Below are positions 54,966 to 64,000 of a DNA stretch of 64,000 nucleotides, piece by piece. The DNA comes from Eledone cirrhosa (lineage: Eukaryota), in contig OZ024748.1 in the NCBI GenBank assembly GCA_964016885.1, positions 2,170,001 to 2,234,000 of the forward strand. The letters run 5' to 3'. Numbering within the stretch: the first letter of the stretch is position 1; each line of letters opens with the position of its first letter. The notes under the pieces were generated by a model. That model was not told where the DNA came from, searched no databases, and worked only from the letters and a program-made list of their open reading frames with translations. Made by a program: the position numbers and the translations under genes.

Positions 54966-55080
54966 GTCGATTCTCTCCTCTCTCTCTCTCTCACACACAC
55001 TCACACACACGTACATACGCAGAGAGAGAGACAGACAGACAGACAGTGTGTGTGTGAGAGAGGGAGAGAGAGAGAGACAG

Positions 55081-55127
<47 letters not shown>

Positions 55128-55418
55128 AAGAGAGAAATCGGTGGTGGCTCGACCTAGAGAGAGAGAGAGAGAGATGGGCTCCTCTAAAGTTTAAAATGCC
55201 TAAGACGCCACGTCTCAAGGATAGCGCCCCTACGTCTCCAGCAAGAGTTAAGGCCCCTTTTCCGTCATTTTTATATTTGTAGAAGGCTAAAGATAAACTA
55301 TGTTTTTATGCTTTCAGATATCATGTTGATAGTAATAATATCAGGATATTGTCATGGTTACTTTCGACAGGAACGCAGTGACATTTCTAGAAATATGAGA
55401 TGCGAGGAAAGAATATTC

Positions 55419-55612
55419 GGTGGATTGGCAGTATCGGTAGAACGTCAGACACCATGCTTTGCAGCATAGAGTTATGACCCTTTACGTTCTGAGTTCAAAT
55501 ACCGTCGGGGTTAACTTTGTCTTTCGTCCTTACGGGGTCGATAAAATAAAGTACCAGTAATACACTGGGATAATTGCTGGACTTGTGCCTAAAGTAGAAA
55601 CAATTATTATTA
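55419..55612 (+). mobile_element. family-A SINE, full length
   Basis: GGTGGATTGGCAGTATCGG..GTTCAAATAC..GGGGTCGATAAAATAAAGTACC..(ATT)n. Confidence 0.9.
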
Positions 55613-55614
55613 TT

Positions 55615-55932
55615 GTTATTTAATACTATATATATACTATATATATACTATATATATACTATATATATACTATATATATACTATATATAACCAAAGATTA
55701 GTATGTTATTTAATACTATATATAACCAAAGATTAGTATGTTATTTAATACTATATATAACCAAAGATTAGTATGTTATTTAATACTATATATAACCAAA
55801 GATTAGTATGTTATTTAATACTATATATAACCAAAGATTAGTATGTTATTTAATACTATATACTGTATATAACCAAAGATTAGTATGTTATTTAATACTA
55901 TATATATACTGCATATAACCAAAGATTAGTAT
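55615..55932. repeat. 35-bp minisatellite (TAACCAAAGATTAGTATGTTATTTAATACTATATA)n
   Basis: About 7 units. Confidence 0.92.
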
Positions 55933-56015
55933 GGTTCGTTTTCCTGGAGTTTTTAATATTATTCAAAATGTTATATTTTTCATTTGTTAACATTTTGAAT
56001 AATATATATATACAG

Positions 56016-56046
<31 letters not shown>

Positions 56047-56196
56047 AGATAAATCTACCAAAATATACGGTATATATATATATATATATAATAATAATAA
56101 AGTATGAATTCCTACGTGTAAAAAATACATATAGGGAAACAAGTATTGATTTTATATATATATATTTATTAAAATATATATATGTATATATTTATT

Positions 56197-56238
<42 letters not shown>

Positions 56239-56499
56239 AAAAAAAATATATATATATATATATTAAGAAGATCCCGTTAAGGGTGAAAGCAGCGATTCTT
56301 TGCTTAAACTTTAATCTGTTATTTTAATAAATATTTGCTCTACGGTTGTTATATATTTGATATATATTTATCCTTATCGAGCCCTCTTTGGATTTTAGTC
56401 TTCAAATTTATTATTATTACTATATATATATTCATATATATATATATATATACACGTATATAAATATATATTCATATATATATATATGCTCTAACCACA

Positions 56500-56768
56500 T
56501 GGCTTAGTGGTTAGAGCATTGGCCTTGCAATCGAAAGGTTCTGAGTTCAATTCTCAGACCGGGTGAGCAAGACACTTTATTTTACATTGCTCCAGTTTAC
56601 TCAGCTGTAGAAATGAGATGGAGGTGCCACGGCAAAAAAGCACCCAGCACTCACTGTAAATGAGGTTGGTGTTAGGAAGGGTATCCAGCTGTAGAAATCA
56701 AGCCAGAATCAGTTCCCGTCCCACCCTTGCAAGCAGGGAAAAAGCGGACGTAAAATGATGATGATGAT
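56500..56768 (+). mobile_element. SINE family C
   Basis: Close sibling of 24663-25000 with internal indels. Confidence 0.88.
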
Positions 56769-56820
56769 ATTTATATATATATACGTATATAAATATATAT
56801 TTGTATATATGTATACAGTT

Positions 56821-56857
<37 letters not shown>

Positions 56858-57060
56858 AACGTATGCATACATACATACATACATACATATATGACGAGGG
56901 GGCAGCCATCATCATGTATGTATGTATGTATGTATGTATGTATGTATATGTTTATATAATAAAATGTTGTAGTTTGCTTGAAGCATTGTATAGTTTGCTT
57001 GAAGCATTGTATAATATATATAATGTGGAAAGTGATATATAATATATATAATATATATAA

Positions 57061-57391
57061 TGTGGAAAGTGATATATATATATATATTAAGGCTAAACAA
57101 TACAAAATGGACGTAAGATGAAGGCAATGAAAAAGTTTGTTATCCTTCGTCAGATATAATATCGTTAGACATAAGGAACTCCCAGAGGAAAACGTCCCTG
57201 TCTTTGAGATTTCCTCTCTCTCTGAGAGTTCCTTATATCTGACGAAGGGACTTATAAGTCCCGAAATATTAGGACGAAAGAAACAACAAAAAACAAACGA
57301 ACAAACAAATATTGCCAGGTAACAAACTTTTACCATCTTTTTATCGTCCATTTTGTAGTGTTTAGCCTTAAAACATATATCACTTTCCACA
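57061..57391. mobile_element. fold-back (inverted) Penelope-like terminal remnant with a partial hammerhead
   Basis: Outer inverted arms TGTGGAAAGTGATATA..TTAAGGCTAAACA..CAAAATGGACG; CTGACGA AGGGACTTATAAGTCCC GAAA at 57239-57266. Confidence 0.6.
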
Positions 57392-57398
57392 CACACAC

Positions 57399-57429
<31 letters not shown>

Positions 57430-57975
57430 CTTCCGGTTTTATAATTTCACAAATGTTTACCAATAGAGAGAGAGTCGGTTTCTAACATAGACACAAGACT
57501 CTCTCATTGGAATTTACACAACATCAACTAGGTAGATATGTATGCATGTCTGCATGTGTAGATATGGATGTTATTGTATGTATGATGTGTATGGTTTGAG
57601 TTGTATATGTGTATGTGTACATGCTTTGCATCTGTATATGTGTATATGCAGTTATTAGATGCAGAATTTTTTGAATGTTTTACATATTTTTACTGTTCCA
57701 TTAATGGATTGTACTTGTAATTTCCTAACTAGTTGTGTTCTTTCTGTTCCTGTGAAGCCAGGCTTCTTAAGATTTGTATGTATGTATACCCAGTTATTGA
57801 ACGCTCTGTGGGTAGATATATTGTCTTTAAAGCGTTGAAATATCCGAGACCCCCAGGAGACAACTGACGAGGAACCCCCACCCCCAGTTCTTGCCTTCTT
57901 CTTATTCTCATTCCATTTTTAAGCCTAACTTAACTAGCAACTACACAGCCCTCCTATTCTCTCTATATATATATA

Positions 57976-58277
57976 CAAGGCCCTTGTTTCAGGGGGGTAC
58001 TAGGGGACAAGTCCCCCCCCCCCCACCCACCCCCACACACACACTTTTTCAGGAACGGGGAACAAACTATCTTTTGCATTTTGTTTATTTTGATATAATA
58101 CTATTTAAACTTATATTTTTAATCTGAACTTCATTTGAATATATAAAATGTAATTACCGTAAAATGTCACTTATGTGATAGGGCCCAGGAGGGGCAGCAC
58201 AAGCAATGTATGCTCCTCTAAGGATCACCAAATGTTGGTTTGTCCCCCTCACATTTTTAAGGCGAACAAGGCCCCTG
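57976..58277. mobile_element. hAT-like MITE in (TA)n
   Basis: TIR CAAGGCCCTTGTTT vs rc CAGGGGCCTTGTTC; TATATATA on both sides. Confidence 0.65.
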
Positions 58278-58325
58278 TATATATATATGTACGTGTATAT
58301 ATATATATATATATACACATATATA

Positions 58326-58356
<31 letters not shown>

Positions 58357-58671
58357 GTGTGTATGTGTGTGTGTATATATATATATATATGTGTGTGTGT
58401 GTATATATATATATGTGTGTGTAGAAAAGGCAAGTAGGTAAATATATATATATCTCGTGTTCTGGGACGCTTTTGATAAATAAATAAGTTCGATCAGGGT
58501 TGACTTGGGGCTAAACTGCACTACCAATCGATACCAATCAATATTATCAATGGATGCACGCCCCGTCATCAATAATAACAATAATAATAATAAAGTCACA
58601 ATTACAGCAACAAGAAAGAAAGAAAGAAAGTAAAACAATATAAGCTAACTACAGCCTAGATTGTCTCTACT

Positions 58672-59525
58672 GACACCACCACCACTACTACCTCTACTAC
58701 AACCACTAATATCACCACTACTACCACTTTTAAACCTACCACCACCACCACTACTACTACTACGACCACTACCTGAACCTCTACTACCTCCACTACTATT
58801 ATCACTACCACCACCACCACAACCACCTCTACTATCATCACTACTATTACTACTACCACCACCACTACTACTACCACTACCACAACAACCACCATTACCA
58901 TCACCACTACCACCACCACCAACACCACCACCATTACCACCACCATCACCACCACCACCATCACCTTCACCACCATCACCATCACCACCACCATCATCAG
59001 TACCACCACAACCAACACGACCACCACAACAACCACCACCACCATCACCACTACCATCACGATCACCATCACTACCACCACCACAACCACTATCACTACC
59101 ACTACTACCACCACCATTACTGCCACCACCACCACCACCACTATCACCACCACCACCACAACCATCACTACCATCACCACCACCACCACCATACCACCAC
59201 CACACCACCACCATCACTACCATCACCACCACCACACCACCACCATCACTACAACCATCACCACCACCACCACCATCACTATCACCACCACCACCACTAT
59301 CACCACCACCACCACCACACCACCACGATCACTACCACTACCACCACCACTACCACCACCATCACCACCACCACCACTACCACCACCATCACTACCACCA
59401 CCACCACCACCACCATCACTACTACCACCACCACCACCACCATCACTACCACCACCACCACCACCACCATCACTACTACCACCACCACCACCACCACCAT
59501 CACTACTACCACCACCACCATCACT
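58672..59525. repeat. (CAC/TAC)n microsatellite
   Basis: Visible directly. Confidence 0.95.
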
Positions 59526-59786
59526 TCAAATGTTTCCAAGTTTGTTTTCTTCACACTTTTTCTTCTGCTTTGTTTTTTACATTTGTTTATTTCTATTTTT
59601 TTTATTGTTTGTATCATTTATTTATTTATTTTACTAGAATACCTAAAAATAAATTATCAATTAATTTGAAGTACAGGGTTTCCCGTTTATATTTCACGAA
59701 ATAGCGAGAAGGCGGTTTGGAACAAAAGAGTCGTCCCGCTACAGTCGTACAGATACACACACACACACACACACACAAACACACAA

Positions 59787-59839
<53 letters not shown>

Positions 59840-59860
59840 TCTTTATATATATATATATAT

Positions 59861-60100
59861 CTAGGGCGGAAAATTCCTGAGATCCATGGACGAGTTCTCT
59901 CCAGCGGTCTCTGTCCCTGATTATCGCTGCCATCTCCTGCGTCTCCAACAGACCAGTGTCTGTCCTTAGGGCATCAACATACGTTAACCTTGGTCTTCCC
60001 CTTCCAGTGTGCCCATGTAGGGGCTTCCACAGGAGTACTGAGTGCAATGTCAACTCTGGATGTCGGTGAGCATGTCCAGCTAATCTCAGTCTCCTCTGTC
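59861..60100 (-). mobile_element. RTE-like LINE 3' end, family 4
   Basis: RQRRLRLAGHAHRH..LLWKPLHG..RGRPRLTYVD..DRDRWR. Confidence 0.88.
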
Positions 60101-61009
60101 TATATATATATACACATACCATACTCGAGGCTGCGCGTTTCACCTTGCGGGTTTTCAACCTGGGTATATATATATATTGTTATGCTTTGGGAGGGTCATG
60201 TTGCAAATAAGAAACACACGCAACAGTGCTTTCACTCCAATTTATTATAAATTTAAAAAAAAAATTTTTTTTTTTTTCAAAAAATTTATAAATTTCCGGT
60301 TGGTTGGTTGGTTGGTTCCACAACCGAACGGTTGTTCATATATTGTCAAAGTTCTTTCGTCACACATTCTGTGACCTCTTCAGTGACTGGGGATTCTTTT
60401 CTTTGTTTTGTGCCGCTCCTTTGTTCTGTCCTACGCCATCTTGTTTTGTGTGTGTTGTGTGCTTAGTTTGCGCATGTGTTGCATCCGGGTGTCTGTGTGT
60501 GTTTTTATTTGTTTATTTATTTGTTTATTTACATGTTACTGGTTGGTTCTTTGTTATGTGTGTGTGTTTTCATTTTGTCCTTAATTGTAAGTTGTGATGT
60601 TGCTATTCATCCAAGACTGTATAGTAAGTAATATTTTCCTAAGATGTCAGACCGTAGGAACGAACCCAGAACATTCCTGATGATTTCATTACCACGGAGC
60701 ATGGCCAAGCAAAACCCACTATTTTAATATGTAAAATTGGTTTGCTGTGTATTCTAATTTTTTGTGTATGAGCCCCCCCCCCCCCCCCCCACCTCCCCAT
60801 GTCTAAATCCAACTCTGACTACAACAGCCACCCAGCCCCACGGGGCTCCTTCCTTAGGCAGGCTGTTGTCTTTTAGCGGAGAAAATCAGCAGTGTGTGGA
60901 CCGAGGATAGCAGAGGTCTCGACGGCGGCCGGTAGGAAAAGGAAGCGGACGGACAAGTCCTAAAATTATATGATACTTGAAAAATTTAAGGACATTTTAG
61001 CCCTTTGTA

Positions 61010-61047
<38 letters not shown>

Positions 61048-61324
61048 GCGAGAACCGTATTTCGGCTGGTAGAAAAAGCGAAACGAAACGCAAAATCGTA
61101 GAAATGCTAGCAAGCGCTCCAATAGTTAAGAAAAACTAGAACTAAACAATATGTTAAAACGCCATACAAACTGAAAAGTGGTCAAGAAGGCATTAAACCA
61201 CCGAAGCCAAAAAACAAGTCAAGCTAAACAGGTCAAACAAAATAAATGTATATATATATATACTCCCAATACTGGAATTGAAATATCAAGACCGTAGAGG
61301 TATGTCATATATCAAATTATATAT

Positions 61325-61387
61325 TTTATCTGACGAGGACGTACTGGAAAAAAAACAACACACTACCTTCGAAATATATATAATAAA
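61325..61387 (+). ncRNA. minimal type I hammerhead ribozyme with intact core
   Basis: UUUAU CUGACGA GGACGUACUG..CACUACCUUC GAAA UAUAUA UA AUAAA. Confidence 0.72.
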
Positions 61388-61432
61388 GCCTATATTTTGA
61401 TTATGTGAATATCTTCCTTTGTTAATATTTTG

Positions 61433-61491
<59 letters not shown>

Positions 61492-61494
<3 letters not shown>

Positions 61495-61763
61495 CTGACT
61501 TTTGGGAGGCTCCCGTACAGCTCTGAGTTCTTCATCCTCAGTGTATACTGATTAATGTTCAGAGCCATCCTCAGCATTCTCGTGTAGCACCCATCCACCA
61601 TCTGCATGGACACACTGGAAGAGGAAGACCAAGGTTAACGTATGTTGATGCCCTAAGGACAGACACTGGTCTGTTGGAGACGCAGGAGATGGCAGCGATA
61701 ATGGGGGACAGAGACCGCTGGAGAGAACTCGTCCATGGATCTCGGGAATTTTACCCGCCCTAG
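61492..61763. mobile_element. RTE family-4 insertion with an inverted 5' segment
   Basis: 61492-61604 (-) encodes MVDGCYTRMLRMALN..NSELYGSLPKVS; 61605-61763 (+) encodes HGHTGRGRPRLTYVD..DRWR to a stop. Confidence 0.85.
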
Positions 61764-62079
61764 ATATATATTTATATATAACAAAGGAATTGTGGTAAGG
61801 AACCAGGTGGACCATAACGCACCAGAGTACTCAATACTTAGGTTAGTAGAGTGGGAAATAGGAAAATGTATGACCCCGACGGCAGAGCTCAAGCCGTTTC
61901 GACGGCTATTTCTGGACTAGAAATAGCCGTCGAAACGGCTTGAGCTCTGCTGTCGGGGGTCATACTTTTTCCTATTTATATATATATACCTGACAGCTTT
62001 CCTCCCACCCTCCCTCTCGGAGGGAGATGTCCGAAAGACAGGTTTCGTGAGGTGGGTTCGGTAGGGGTCTTGTAATGAA

Positions 62080-62725
62080 GACGGTTATGGTAGTGGTTGT
62101 GTTGTTGGTGATGATGATAACTACGATGATGGTGGCGGTGGGTGGTGACGATAAAGGTGATGGTGAGAATGATGATAAAGATGATGATGATGGTGAACGT
62201 TGTTGTTGTTAGTGATGATGATGATGATGATGATTGAGTAATGAAGTTATGAATTTAATTCACTTCATATAATGTACACTAGTGCTGTTGACGGCGATGA
62301 TGATGATGGTGGTGGTGGTGGTGGTGGTGGTGGTGGTGGTGAGGGTAGTTATAGAAATAGTAGCACTAATAGTGATAGTTGTGTTAGTTGTGGTAGTAGT
62401 GTTAGTAGTAGTAATAGTGGTGGTAGTGTTAGTGGTGTTAGTGATAGTAGAGTTTGTGGTGGTAGTAGTGGTGTTAGTGGTAGTAGTGTTAGTGGTGGTA
62501 GTGATAGTGGTGATGGTGGTGGTGGTGATAGTGTTAGTGGTGGTAGTGATAGTGGTGGTGGTGGAGGTGGTGATAGTGTTAGTGGTGGTAGTGATAGTGG
62601 TGGTGGTGATAGTGTTAGTGGTGGTAGTGATAGTGGTGGTGGTGGTGGTAGTGTTAGTGGTGGTGATAGTGTTAGTGGTGGTAGTGATAGTGGTGGTGGT
62701 GGTGGTAGTGTTAGTGGTGGTGGGG
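62080..62725. repeat. (GAT)n/(GGT)n/GTAGT microsatellite
   Basis: Visible directly. Confidence 0.9.
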
Positions 62726-63030
62726 GAGAGGTACGCTCGTCGTGGTCAATCTCCTGAAGTTAGTCGTCATAGAAATATGATAAATTATAGAAATGAGGAT
62801 GATTTCATGGAAATATTGTTGTAATATTCCATTAATAATTATATATATATATCTTGCTTTTATTTTATTTTATTTTTATCATGTAACACTTTATTTTTAT
62901 CATGTAACACTTTATATGTAAATTGCCATGCTATTTCATTTGATGAATGTCACCCCACTGTTGATCAATATGCGCATATGTTTTATGTGTCTCTTGGGTT
63001 GTAAAGGAGGTCAAGTATGTTATAAATAAC

Positions 63031-63077
63031 TGCTCCGAAGAATCCAAACCTCGGTTTGGAGGAAACAATTGTAAGCA
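63031..63077 (+). ncRNA. minimal hammerhead motif (U4>C variant)
   Basis: UGCU CCGAAGA A-UCCAAACCUCGGUUUGGA-G GAAA CAAUUG UA AGCA; palindromic helix III. Confidence 0.68.
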
Positions 63078-63127
63078 AATAAATGACTTAAACTGAACTT
63101 TGATTACTGTAATCTCTCTCTCTATAT

Positions 63128-63182
<55 letters not shown>

Positions 63183-63273
63183 TACTAGATGGATAGACAG
63201 ATAGATAGGTGTTATATATATAGAAGAGATGCTATATATATATGTATATATAGAGAGAGATGCTATATGTATG

Positions 63274-63311
<38 letters not shown>

Positions 63312-63403
63312 TGCTATATATAGATAGGTAGTAGATAGATAGTGAAAGTGATTTACATAATGAAAGAGAGAGAAGAAGAGGACCCCAACCAGAATGTGTA
63401 CCT

Positions 63404-63588
63404 GTGACTGACCTCAATCAGTTACCATGGTGACAGAAGAGTGACTGACCTTAATCAGTTACCATGGTGACAGAAGTGTGACTGACCTCAATCAGTTACC
63501 ATGGTGATAGAAGAGTGACTGACCTCAATCAGTTACCATGGTGACAGAAGTGTGACTGACCTCAGTCAGTTACCATGGTGACAGAAGT
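63404..63588. repeat. 37-bp minisatellite x5
   Basis: GTGACTGACCTCAATCAGTTACCATGGTGACAGAAG(A/T). Confidence 0.93.
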
Positions 63589-64000
63589 TTGTCTAAGATG
63601 GAGGAGAGAGATCACAGCACTTCCCTTTTCAATTAAAATATTTTGAATTAAAATCTTCGACAAAAATGATTTCATTTCTTTGTCACTCCTCCTCCTCCCC
63701 ATCATCATCATCTCCCACCTCTCTCTCTGCCTCATCATCATCATCATCATCATCGTCTCCCTCCTCTCTCTCTGCCTCATCATCATCATCGTCTCCCTCC
63801 TCTCTCTCTCTCTGCCTCATCATCATCGTCTTCCTCCTCTCTCTCTCTTCCTCCTCCTCTCATCATCATCCTCTCTCTCTCTCTAATCGTTTTATCATCA
63901 TCATCATCATCATCATCATCTTCTATCCCCTTCTCCTCCTCCTCATCATCAACGTCGTCATCTTCTTCCTCCTCTATCTCTTTCTCTCCTCTCTCTCCTC

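Noticed and set aside
57864-57895. CTGACGA plus GGAAC/GTTCT hairpin
   Set aside because: No following GAAA or cleavage triplet.
60860-60960. GC-rich segment after TCTTTTAG as an exon
   Set aside because: The GAAAATCAGCAGTGTG part resembles repeats at about 7630, 7916 and 29050, and there is no clear donor.

Overview
Eukaryotic, AT-rich, gene-poor DNA dominated by microsatellites ((TA)n, (CA)n, (GGT/CAC)n, (GA/CT)n), minisatellites and decayed transposons. The repeat repertoire (tRNA-derived SINEs, RTE, CR1, Tx1/L1 and Penelope fragments, piggyBac/hAT/Tc1 MITEs) resembles a coleoid cephalopod, probably an octopus; this is an inference. Nearly all listed ORFs are simple-repeat artefacts. The only credible host coding sequence is a candidate exon at 49151-49472, plus two weaker splice-bounded segments. 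The main hidden signal is a dispersed set of about 9 minimal type I hammerhead ribozyme motifs. They have different helices but share an architecture: a palindromic helix III, often a nearby A(A)TAAA, a short tail, then (TA)n. One lies directly downstream of a Penelope GIY-YIG endonuclease remnant. Other notable structure includes copy-specific fold-back palindromes, minisatellites born inside TEs, a chimeric SINE lying tail-to-tail with its likely partner RTE LINE, and an RTE insertion with a twin-priming-like 5' inversion. Family assignments come from motif recognition by eye, not database searches, and most boundaries are approximate.
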